64,000 nucleotides of DNA from Ophelia neglecta (lineage: Eukaryota). The stretch is from contig OZ260664.1 of the NCBI GenBank assembly GCA_965285935.1, positions 32,798,001 through 32,862,000 on the forward strand, read 5' to 3'. This document shows positions 25,817 through 37,863 of the stretch, one piece after another. Positions within the stretch are counted from its first letter, which is position 1, and every line of letters begins with the position of its first letter. The translations under genes were made by a program, and so were the position numbers. The notes beneath the pieces are model-generated. The model ran no database searches, had not been told where the DNA came from, and saw only the letters and a program-made list of their open reading frames with translations.

Positions 25817-26844
25817 GGTGCTGAATGGCTCAACTGTGATATGCCAATCTGCGGCTACGATACCTTTTGGCTATGGGCAGACGTTACTCCATTCGTTCTA
25901 TTATTTGATATGAATCTGGATTATGTAAATCTGCACGTGATAGTTAAATAGGGTAAAATTTCATCTGCCGATACCAAGCACCAACCGGCTATCTTTGAAT
26001 GCCGACAGAATTACTATTTGAGAGTATACTGTTGATGAATTGGAATGCTTGCGATTCCGTTTCAGTTGTCGCAACCGACCCCGTAGAGGGGCGCCAGTGG
26101 TGGTAAAGGTCGTACAACACTTCAAAAATCGATTTTGATTGATTGGTTATTTGTTTATCTTTAATATCGAGAACGTCATTGTAAATATCATAAATCATAA
26201 GCATGTGTATTATATTCAAGCTGGTTCCGTTATTAATAGATGCGGATCTACAAATTTAGATGGCGGTGTCCCCCCTCCTTAAACATTGCCATGATATTAT
26301 CTGTATGTATATTTAAATGCACATTATTTTTTGGCGACGTATAAGTATAAAGCTGAATGCTTATTGCACCAAATGTTTAGGATGACTTTCTCTGGTCTAC
26401 TACTGGTTAGAATACTAATCAACTTTAGACAGACTTATTAGCTCTATTTTCTTTGCCAACATACAATTTATCGTTTTCGAATATGGCCTAAGCGAAAAGC
26501 AATGAAATAACTTTGCCGTCAACCACAACTCTGTGGTTGTAACGATTTTTGAATATCAATTTGCACATGAACAAATGTGCTCTCTGTAGCAATATGACAT
26601 TTCATAATGCTTATTGTGCCAAAATATAAGACATGATGGTAAGGTGCTGGTAGGTTCCTACAAAAAGTGTACCGTTATGGTAACTCGACAAGTGAACACA
26701 TTCATCCAGCGTGTTTCCTTGAGAAGACATTTTTTATATATATCTCGCAACACATCTGACATATATATTTATGGTATATAAAGTTTTGAAATACTTTTTT
26801 TGTAACGCACTTGGCATACTTTATCAATGAATGGAAATGCGTGA

Positions 26845-26850
26845 AATAAA
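26845..26850 (+). promoter_or_regulatory. Candidate polyadenylation signal of the iGluR gene
   Basis: AATAAA about 1 kb after the stop, followed by U/GU-rich sequence. Confidence 0.35.
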
Positions 26851-28386
26851 ATAATACTTTCATATACAACACTTCTCATTTTGTCTTAGTTCTGAAGATC
26901 TCCAATTGTTCTCCAAGGTACCTGTTATTGTAGTAACGTGAGACAATGATTAATGAGTTACTTAAGCGACAGTTCAATATAAAAAGGATATAATGTTATT
27001 AACACTTTAACTAATCAACATGCAATTATGATTCACCGCAATTGTACATAATATAATCCATATTCTAAATATAACATATGGAAAATTCGAACCTACATGG
27101 AATTTTTCGCCCGGTATTTACGGCATTTTTACAGGTGTATACTAACTCCTGTGTTACTTTCAGTAACACAGTTCAGCAAACAAAGTGGTCTTATTTCAGT
27201 GGTCCCGCCGGGTCAGGAGTAAGTATAGTTAAGTGGCCCGAATGACGTTTCTGGTGGCCTTGTGTCATACGATCATTGTATATGCCATCACCTGTAGAGG
27301 AAATATGCCTGGGATCGGAGTAGGGCTTTGGGTGTGTGTGTCTGGGGAGGGGGGGGGGGGGGGCATAGAGAGGGTAATAGTGTGATAATACTGATTATAA
27401 GTGTAGCTGTGTTTGCAATGTTCCTATGAGGATTTAATTAGATTACTTTTAGGTTCTAGGAAGGCTTAGCAACATGTAAGAAAAGGACAAAATGGATTAA
27501 TCGTCTTCTTTAAACCGCTTTCTCGAAAATCAATGTTTAGTGTCGAGGAATGTCTAGAGTGTGCCAAGGAATATGCCAAAATATTGATACATGTTTCAGA
27601 ATTTTGCTAGACTTTTGTTTTTTTGTGATATTCTGTGAAAGAAGACATTAAACTTAAATATTCTCCTTTTTTATTTCTTCAAGTTACACGCACAGACCTG
27701 CCACGGCATTCACTTGGTGGACATTTGCAAGTGTTTTTTTTTTAGTTTTAGCGCTTTCAACATCCCCCCCTCAGTAACAAATAGATACAGCAGGAAAAAA
27801 TAAATTTGCATCGACGTTCAACTGTCATGGCATTTGGCTATTTGGCTAGGTGTCCTTAGTCAATTGACCAGCAGCAGTATCTGAAAAGAATTATTAGAAT
27901 GTAAAAATACGTCAGCGCGGTCAAGTCGTCTGGTTTAAGTCTTTACGCTCACTTTCAACCTTTAAACAAACTATATATGGACGTGAAAGATGAACACCGT
28001 TAAAGTAAAGAGGCAGAAATGGGTTGCAAACGTCAATTTGCAAGTCCCTTTATAGTACAATATTTTATCTTCCTTCGTTGCGTATTCGATTGTCCAACTC
28101 TATCAACTCTAAGTTCGCACTTGGTCATAGCGCATGCTCCGGAGTGGATAGTATGGCACGAAGGGTAACAATATGGGTAGATTAAATAAAGCTACATTCT
28201 GATTGGTTCACACAATGCAATTTGTTTCACTAGTAGCACGCACCCGAAAATAAAGAAACTATACTTGGCCTAGTTAGAGGGACAGGGCCAGTTGTTGGAC
28301 GCGCGAATTTCTTGTTAGCACAAAGAAATAAATTCAACGGGAAGGGAAATAGATGGCTAGCCGTTCCCGGAAATTCAATTGGAGGC

Positions 28387-28505
28387 AAGTTACTAAGATG
28401 TAATGGGATCTCTTATTACACAATTTGAGGTGACTAAGATGTAATGGGTTCTCTTTTTACACAATTTGAAGTAACTAAGATGTTATGGGTTCCCTTATAC
28501 AATTT
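28387..28505 (+). repeat. Tandem repeat, unit about 41 bp, about 3 copies
   Basis: ACTAAGATGTAATGGG.TCTCTT.TTACACAATTTGA.GT repeated with few substitutions. Confidence 0.9.
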
Positions 28506-29598
28506 TATCGTTCGTAGGATAATGCTGTTATTAAAATAAGGGAGTTAAAACGCTTGTAACCTGCCAGACAGGGCAACATCACTAATCATGAATAATTTAT
28601 AAAATCATCGGGAACCATTAGCTGCAAACCAGCTTTGATCAATACGCATCTCCATGACAGTCTGTTAATAAGCCTGCAACAAAAAATGAACTCTCATGAG
28701 AAGTAATCAACATTGTCCATCGTGTGTGTGAGAGCACAAGACATGGTTAAGTTTGGAAAGATGTGAAATGTGTCGCTATAAGGAGTCTATTGTGTTTCCC
28801 ATAGTAGTATATTACGTATTATGCTTAACAACTACCAGGGGTCTTCGGGATATTAGGAACATACAGATGGAGCAGTTAGTGATGTAAAATACTGTTATGC
28901 CTAGCTGTTGCTATATTTCCTACTTATTTTTCGCATATATACATGTACATTCAATTATATCAAAACCTCTCAAATGCATAAACAATTATAGGATGGTTTG
29001 GTCGGAGTTTGTTTCAGTCACTTACATAGTTCATTTATATCGAAAAACAAGAACATTCGTGATCATTGTTTTAACAAAATTCTTCTTTATAGATCAATTA
29101 GATACTTGAATGCGCAAGCAAGGCAATCTGCTGAATTGAAATTAAGTCTGCGTGGCAGATATATTGATATTTTACGAAAATACAAAAGTGGTTTAAAGGA
29201 AAAAATAAGTCAAGGTAAAAGTAATTTTGGGCATTTAATTGGGCAAATACTAGGTGATTTTTTTTATAGAAAGGAAACAACTAGTACTATTATATCGAAG
29301 AATTCGTCAGCTGACCACAGGCTTGAAGAAAACAGTGACAACAAAAAAGCGCATTTATTTTCAACCAATTGAATAACTGTATTACTTATTGAAATAGACT
29401 GGTTAAAGCGTGTTTCATGGCTCATCGCTGGTCCTGCATAATGGCAATCAAACATGCCTGCTTTAACCTTCAACTCTGTCCTAATATCCTAGGCATTTAA
29501 AATTATTCCCAATCATTGTACACAGGCGTCATACATTTCATGACTACGACAACCACAAGGGACTCAAACGAGCGAACTGGCACGTTGAAGCTCTTTGA

Positions 29599-30405
29599 GC
29601 ACACTCAAATGATTTACTAGTTCCTAGTTCCCAGTTCGAATTAGGAAATGAAACTCAAGCCATTTCCTAATTCCAGTTCCTAGTTCCTTATTCGTAATAA
29701 ACCTACCAACCGAAATCTAAGCACACAATATTACTATTTGTGACCCCTAGTGATAATTTCTGGCCAAAAAGAATCAAAATCCGGCGATTTTTTGCCCATT
29801 TTCCCACATTGAAAGTTAAGGGGAAAGAGGCCGCCAGTCGGGATAGCCTACCGGGCGCCGCCGGGAAGGCCAAGAGGTCGGAGGGGGTATATAATTTGCG
29901 GGAAAAAATCATGCAAATATTGGCCATCTAAAAATGATCCTGGTAGCGTGAAACACAAGTTCCCGTGGCAAACTTTTCTAGCCCATAATAAATTAGGAAA
30001 TGGCAGTTACCGATTCACTATTCATTAACCACTAAGAGTAAGTACATAGCCAATTTAAGCATTCCAGGCAACTTCCAGTAGCTTCCAAAGATGACTAATC
30101 TCCTCTGGCATACCTACCAGGTCATAAGACACAAAGGCAACGCGATTTTTCACCATTATTTGCACTTTGAAAATACAAAGTCGAACTAGGAACTAGGAAC
30201 TGGCCAGTTCCTACTTCGAATCCCCAGTTCCTTATTAAAAAAACTATCCAAAAGTATCACTCTAAAAATTGCTAAATCAAACGTATTCCATCCCCAAACT
30301 ACATTTCCGGCCCAAAAAGCTTGACATTCGGCGATTTTAGGCCCATTTTCGCCCATTGAAAATCAAAACTACGCAATCCACCAAATATTTAATTCAACTC
30401 ACCAT
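29599..30405 (+). mobile_element. Non-coding dispersed repeat, copy 1 (block order A-B-C), hairpin-rich
   Basis: Blockwise similarity to the reverse complement of 37170-37863; 13-bp stem 29638-29650/29661-29673; perfect 20-bp palindrome at 30194-30213. Confidence 0.8.
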
Positions 30406-33061
30406 TTCAATCTGAAAAATGTTAGGATACAACGATGGGGTTCTAAAAGAAGTTCAGTGCGGTGGAGTAAGCATAGGAAGTTAGATGCATATCGAAATGT
30501 ATAAGAAAATAGGCACTTTACATGGTTCAATAAAACGGATGTATATGATTGTAACAAATTTGATTTGTCTATTACATCAATGTTATACGGGTATACAGAA
30601 ATACAGAGGAATTATAGAGAAAAAACCTACAGCATTTAAGCACACTGGATAGTCCTGTTTTACAATATAATGTCATAATTTTTTTTTATTTCGAGTAACA
30701 TGATAATTTTGTGTGTGAGCAACTTGGAGTGAAAATCCTGAAAAGGGGGGAAAGTAAAACAGTATAAAATAGTGAGTACTGTTTATTGTCAAGATTAAAC
30801 TCATGACAGCATGGGAGAGAAACTCGGTCCTGGCCTGGATTTAACAGCATGGTCCTTGAACACGAGGCACAATACATGGCTTTGAGAATCTTTCGGATCC
30901 CTCGTCTGGCACCAAACCAGTTTGGCAACTCTTGCCTAACTAAGGAGTGGATCGGGCGGCATTCGCTTGAAGGGGTGTCACGATAAAATAAAATTACAGG
31001 TAAATTTGGAATTGCTTAACACAGCAATTTGGAGAAATTCGCATTTGAATTAATTTCATCTAAGAATGACATGCCTATTGACGCCGACAAGCATCAATTA
31101 AATATATACATACAGAAAGGATCGGTCATTTGTATAGGCATAGGTCTCCCTTTAGCAATAAACGTTACATGTACATTTAGGTTAGTCCCCCCCCCCCCCT
31201 CAACTCTCGAATTTTAATTGTGTCTATAGACAGGCCACATATAGCATGCACGTTTCATTTGCGGCTAAGTCAACCCACCCAGCAACAGTTTATAAGTTTT
31301 GTCTCCGAAATATTGCAATTTCAGTCTTGTCTTCTGAGTTTTTACAGTCGAAAAAAAAGCCAGTCACGGGAGCAGGTTTTATCTAGAGTGCGAAGTAGAA
31401 AAGTTTGAAACAATCCACCGAGACAACGTGGAGTCCCCCCAGCCCGAAACTGTCTGCTGTTGAAAGTTACCAGAGCTGATCTTATATGAAACGGTACGGC
31501 ATTTATAGTTATTCAGTCTATTGTACATTATAATATGTCTCATGGGGACCGGAGACAAAGACATTTAGCAACAGGAAAAGAAGCCTGAAACACCTATATG
31601 GCCAGTGTGGATGGGACAGATAAAGCAGGGCTAACATGCATCTTTTAGGGCCACAAGTGCTATATGAATAGCGTAAATTTTTCGTTCATCATTTTATTAC
31701 ACGCAGTAAGTAGCCCCACAAATCGCGCTCAGAATACCCAAGAACGAATAAGTCAACTAGGCCAAACAGCACGGAATATAATATGCGTGAAACTTTGCTT
31801 CCTTTATTCTGGGCCCGGAATGCGTGAAACTAATTCCTTTCACTCGGTACCCGGAATGAGCTTACTTATTGCTTCTGCTTCATGAATTAAATGAGACATA
31901 TAACCCTTCTTTACCCTCTATATTTTTTATCTACTCATTTCCAAGATCCACCGTGCTTCCAAAATATTATATAAAAAAAATAACTAGGCCTATAGGATTT
32001 ATCAGCAGAGCAATTGCTTCCAATGTACTTGAATTAGATAAAATTGTAAATACCTAGAAGTATTTATAGTTGTACATAATAAAGCCGTGGGATGTTTATG
32101 AACAAAAAAGGTCTTACGTGAAGATTTAAAATTAGTCCGTTGAAAAATAAAAAGGAGTTATTTTTGTTACAGGATTCAGCCATTCACATACAACGGTTCG
32201 GACATGAGAGATCAGGAATTTAACAAGAATGCCATATTTAAAGGATGGAATAAGAAATCCACGAAGCTCTACGTGCGAATGGTACCATCAGTGTAAGGGG
32301 CACTCCCAGCGGATCTTATATAACACAGCGTCTGTCTGGACTAGAGTACAATACAACCCCAGTGACCTTGGCATATTCCTCAAGGTACTCACGGGCGTCT
32401 GTCCCAACACCTGTGTCCCTACATCTAGGCCTATACATTATTGAATGATTAATTGACTCCAGACATATAACCGATAATTACCCTACAGCAATAATGAAGG
32501 GCTTATTATCAAGGTGTACCTTAAAATAATCTAGCAAGTGATTATGAACATTTAATTAATATAGGAAGAGATTAAAGACCTAACGCTCAGAAGAAACATA
32601 TATATCTAGGAATGGATAACTGAACATTGTGTTCATAACTACCGTCATTTATTGTATGGTGGAACAGCGAGGTAAGTGGATGACGGCCGTGTCCCTGTGA
32701 CGTAGGAGGTAACGTACTAGTATACTTACAATGTGAGTCTCTATACGTGGGTTCCCTAAAACAAAATACCCAGGTCAATCAAAAATAAGAAGTTGGTCGC
32801 CTTTTAATTTGGCTTATAATAAAGTTTCCGTGCTTGCGTCCCTGCGTGCAGCATCATATGTAATTCTTTTATCGATTTACGCTAGTCTATTTTTCAAACC
32901 AACGTGGTGTGAACATTAATGGGCTTTTCCCCCGTTTTCATGAACCATGACGCTTGGCCTTCTTAAAATTGGGTTGCAGAAACAGATTGACGCATTTATG
33001 AGTCCCCCCCCCCCTCCCCGCCCCTTCTGCCTACAAGCTGCATCCATAGTACCGAAGCACA

Positions 33062-33955
33062 CTAGAAGGGTTAAGCTGGTCTAACCCTTTGGTCCTCTCC
33101 CGGCGAGAAACCTTAAATAAAATCCTCAAAAGAGGAAAAACTGTTGTACTCCTGTGGGTGCCCAGCCACGTGGGCAACAAAGGCAACGAGGCTGCCGACA
33201 AATATGCAAAAGAGGCACTGGAAGATCCCATCTTTCCAATCAATATCCCATCTTCTGACTTCAAGAGCCCAATAAACCAATATGGCTGGAAACAATGGCA
33301 AACCGCCTGGGATCAGGCCATAGAAAACAAACTGCACTCTATCTGCCCCACCATACCGAAATCATTTCGACAGCCTCTTGCCTCCCGGAGGGACGACTTG
33401 ATCATGTCTCGACTGCGCATCGGCCACTCACATTATACACATACTCACCTACTGAGAAGAGAAGACCCACCTTTTTGTGAGGGCTGCCAATGCCAGATAA
33501 CCATCCAACACATTCTGTTGGAATGCAGCGATTTCGCCGAGGCCAGATACCATTTTTATAACGTTAACAGCCTCGAAAACCTTATTTGACAAGGTCTGCC
33601 CACGGCAGATTCTTGGTTTCTTGAGGTCTATAGATCTCTACTACAAAATGTAGTAGATCTTAAACGTGAAAACCATTTTTAAAATGCGAAAGTTTATGGA
33701 ACTTTCTTTTATCTATTTATTAAACAACTAACCTTTTATGTTCCTTTACTAACACATTTTAGTCAGAAAAACATCTGACCCACCCACCTAGAAAATTTTT
33801 ATGAAATAGAGCTCAATAACCTCTTACTTCTTACGAATATCCCCATGTAAATAAAAATAGACAATACAATGAACAATAAACACCAAACTTAAGACACTAA
33901 ATGACCCACATGGTGTCTATGTGTCGTTAAGCCCCAAAAATCCAAAATCTAAAAT
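33062..33955 (+). mobile_element. 5'-truncated I-group (I/Nimb-like) LINE encoding the RNase H C-terminal half and a CCHC zinc knuckle
   Basis: WVPSHVGNKGNEAADKYAK (RNase H), RLRIGH, C-x2-C...H-x4-C. A +1 frameshift near 33576-33579 hides the original C-terminus (stop 33651-33653). 3' hairpin TTAAGACAC...GTGTCGTTAA, (AAAATCY)n tail, 10-bp TSD CCGAAGCACA at 33052-33061 and 33956-33965. Confidence 0.9.
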
Positions 33956-36696
33956 CCGAAGCACAGCATGTGTAATATCTTTCGCTTTTGCATCCACGTT
34001 GAGACACACATTTTGTGCCCTTTTAAGTGTTTTGCACATCATTTATTTATTCGTACTTCCATGTATATAGCTTCAACGGTAAGTTCACTTTAAAATCATC
34101 TTTAATGTTTATATATGTTTACTAAACCGGTCGTTTCGCAAGCAAAGTCTTCCGGGTGTTGAGTTGTTTTATATAACAAGGCAGACTGGTTGTTGACAAG
34201 CTGCTGACCTGGATATGCTTCAGGATGCTCTGGATCGTCCAAACCTGCTCGGGAGCTCGAGATCAATGAAGCCGGACGCTGGATGATGGCTTTAACGTAG
34301 AGCTAGGAAGTGCACATAAATGCCCAGAATTTGTTGAGTGATGATTTTACTGCTTTATTAGTGGATCGAGTGGTCATTATGTGAGGAGAGCGCAGTGAAA
34401 GGATCCTTCCCTGTCTGGGGTGAGGTGAGCGGCAGCGTACCCTGTAGGGTCTTGGGCCGATAAAAATGTCAGAATTGTCGCCAACGATACCTAGGTCGCT
34501 ACCTCCCTCCCACCCGTTACTTGTAACGAGTTCCGTGCTGAACTGAATAGGCTGGTGGAGCAGGCCTCAAATTGGAGGCTACACCTAAACGCCCACCAAT
34601 TTACTGCTCCACAGGGGCCTTTAGTTCTACTCGAGCATATATCTCAGCCCTCTTTAGCCAAATTCGGTGCGCAAATAGCGAGGACATTATTTTACCAATT
34701 GACAGACTACATAGGGCCAGTGTCTCTCCAGCAGAAATGGAGCCCGAATTTGTCCTCTGGTGTACACATTATGGTCCAGATTTCATTGACCTGGGCCTAA
34801 AAGTTTACTGTTCACTGTCCAAATTTTTAATTGCTCGAGGACCAAAATATAACTGACACAGGGCCTCAAGTTAATAGCTCCATGGCAAACAGGTAATTGC
34901 CCCAGGGTCTAAATTTGATTAGCCAGAGGGTCTAATTTGTTTGCTACCTGACCTAAAGTTGCATTACCCCAGGGCCTACATATGATCAAAGAAATTGAAA
35001 ACTCCGAAAAGTAGGACGATTCGCCTAATCTCGGAATATACCTATTATTGATTGGTCTAATAAAGGAGTTGTCTATATTAGTGAGGCAACCCCCCCCCCA
35101 AAAAAAAAAAAATTTGCCTATAATTGTGTGGCAAACAATATAAATTAACTATAGCATTTTGACTGATAGGTTTTTGGGCAGACCACCAAAACAGATGTGC
35201 CGAATTAGACATAATCCATATGAATGGAGACTAGTATAAGACCACTGTAAACTATATCAGGTACAAAGAATTTCGTTTAGGGCATGGCATGGCAGGGTTA
35301 CTCGAGTATACATATTAAGGTGCGAACAACTTCTGGGCGTGCATGTGCACTATTCGTGTATTACTGGTATTTAATATGCATTATTTTTATTAAGGTCGTT
35401 GTTCTGGTTGAATTTTTAGACTTTGCTATTAGTTGCTCCCCCTTCCTCCCCTTCCCATACTGTGAATGTATCTAACACAATGCTATGTTTTAGAATGCTT
35501 TATATGTATGTACGCTACAATACTTTCATGTAACAATGAATAATGACAAGTCCGTGCACTCGGACCACTACTAGGCCTATACCAGGCAACAAGGCTCTTC
35601 GGGGCTTTGACCGTTTGGTATTGAAGTGTCACTTTGTACGTCTCGTATGTATGCACAGGTCATATACTGAAAAGCAAGTGACAAATACATGCAGCAAAAA
35701 ATGTGGGCACAGCTTTTTTATGCGTAAATTTGTCGCACATATTCACTATTTTTGCGTATTGAAAGAATGTCAAATTTACAGTCGAATAAATTCAATTGGC
35801 AGAATTATGGACTTTGATTAAAAACATAAAAAATAAAATAAAATTATCAGCTTTTCAGTCTTGAAGGCCTATATACTTAAGGGATCTTATAATATGAATT
35901 ATCCATGTTTAAAATTATTTTTTATATATGTACAAGCCCTATACTGTAAAGCAAGCGATAAATCTATCGGTGTAAGACTTTCTGATTTATTTCACATGAT
36001 ATGAGTATATTTTAAATAAATGTAAGCAAACATTTCAAGCAGTTCTTACTAGAAAAGAAAACCTTAACTAATCTGCACCCACCAAAAAAAAAAAGCAAAA
36101 AATATTTCTGCAATATGGATGGTCATTATAAACATTTCCAATTGATAGTTGCGCAAATTACTCATATTTAGTTTGTACTTATATAATGTGCATTCCTGTG
36201 TATTTTTTTTCAGGTTTATTTTAATTTTAATTGTTGTATTCATGCTATTAAGAGAACGTTTCGTAAGCCCTCCTGTCTTTATTGTTGAAATGTTGGCTCT
36301 AGAGGCGTTCACTAGCCCCCTTCCTTCTCCCGTCGCCCCTTAGGTTCTTTCTGAGATTTACCATGGTGAAAAAAACACATTTATCCGCAATTTGCAAAAC
36401 CATCTGACAGTAGTCAGTGTTTCTACTGACAGGTGCAATACGATGTACCGGGAAAAAGTGTGGTTATTAAATAAGGATGTTCACAAATGAATGTCCCGAC
36501 ATTTCATTTGATGAAGAAAATGTATCATATTTTGCTGTTTGCACGCGGGCGCGTATAATAATTTTAGTTCGGTTCTACAAAACATACGTTTTACACACCC
36601 GAAAATATTCCGCATATTTTGACTTATCCAATGATTGATGTAAACATTTCGAGCATTTTGTATCGGCGATTTTACACATTTCGCGCAGGATTGAGT

Positions 36697-36825
36697 GGCA
36701 GTTTGTCACATCTTGATCAGTATGGAATTGCAGTTTTACTCATTTCGAGCAGAATGAAATGGCAGTTTCAGGCCTTTTGACCAGTATGGATTTGCAGTTT
36801 TACTCATTTCGAGCACAACGGAAAT
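36697..36825 (+). repeat. Tandem duplication, unit about 64 bp, 2 copies
   Basis: GGCAGTTT...TTGAYCAGTATGGAWTTGCAGTTTTACTCATTTCGAGCA occurs twice. Confidence 0.85.
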
Positions 36826-37169
36826 ACCATTATACACTGTAATTTTCTTACATAACAGGTGACCTGAGTAATTTTTCAGTCATGATGCCGAGTAAATATT
36901 TTCTATGAAATTATAAAAGGGTAACCATGTAAGGGCTTGAGGTAGTGTATGATTCAGTTCTAAGTAATTTTTCCTCGAGAACACAGCACAAATGCGATTA
37001 AAAGAGAAGACTGTTTTGGAACTCTTGATAAGGCATATCTAATATTGTTTCTCTATCCAGCATTTACAGAGTTCATGGGGTAATGAGGTTATTTACTCAT
37101 ATATGGGGCTATTTACTCATTCGATATAGATTTCACCCTCACTGGGAGCTGTCAGTTCATATTTCATTA

Positions 37170-37863
37170 GCCCTATTTGCCACGGGTAGGCCTACTTGTG
37201 TTTTATTGCCATTTCCCGCTCCCAGGGGATCATTTCTAGATTGCCAATTTTACATGTTTTCACGCATGTTGTATACCCCTTCCGACCTCTTGGCCTTCGC
37301 GGCGGCGCCCATTAGGCTGTCGGCCTCTTTCCCCTCAACCTTCAAGAGTCGAAAGTGGCCCAAAAATCGCCGAATTTTGAAATTTGTTTTAGGGGCCATG
37401 GAGAGTTGAATGGTGGCCTTAAATTTTAGGTGGATTGCGTAGTTTTGATTTTCATTGGCCGAAATGGGCTTTAAATCACCGAATTTCAAGTTTTTGGGGC
37501 CGGAAATGTAATTTGGAGATGGAATAAGTGTGATTCAGCTAACGTTAGTTTTAGAGTGATACCTTTTGGATAGTTTTTTTAAGAATGTACTTGGGATTCG
37601 AATTAGGAACTGGCCAGTTCCTAGTTCGACTTTTTCAAAGTGCAAATAATGGTGAAAAATCGCGTTGCCTTTGTGTCTTATGACCTGGTAGGTATACCAG
37701 AGGAGATTAGTCATTTTTGGAAGCTACTGGAAGTTGCCTGGAATGCTTAAATTGGCTATTTACTTACTCCCAGCGATTAGTGAAAAGTGAATCGGTAACT
37801 GCCGTTTTCTTATCATGGGCCAGGAAATTTTGAACTAGGAACTGCTAAATCATTTGAGTCTGC
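37170..37863 (-). mobile_element. Non-coding dispersed repeat, copy 2 (inverted, block order A-C-B)
   Basis: Reverse complement matches 29599-29630, 29970-30405 and 29760-29972; same 20-bp palindrome at 37604-37623. Confidence 0.8.

Noticed and set aside
28387-28505. CRISPR-like array
   Set aside because: Units are contiguous near-identical repeats with no unique spacers; eukaryotic context and no cas genes.
28624-28641. miR-2-like sequence (CCAGCTTTGAT)
   Set aside because: Partial match lacking the seed, with no precursor hairpin.
29703-29931. Similar peptides from ORFs 29703-29927/29740-29931 and 37083-37409/37250-37489 as a duplicated small gene
   Set aside because: The similarity appears on both strands and includes indels; it reflects a shared non-coding repeat.
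30849-32385. Scattered + strand splice-like sites (donor at 31000, acceptor at 32172) as another gene
   Set aside because: No consistent phase-compatible exon chain or recognisable protein.
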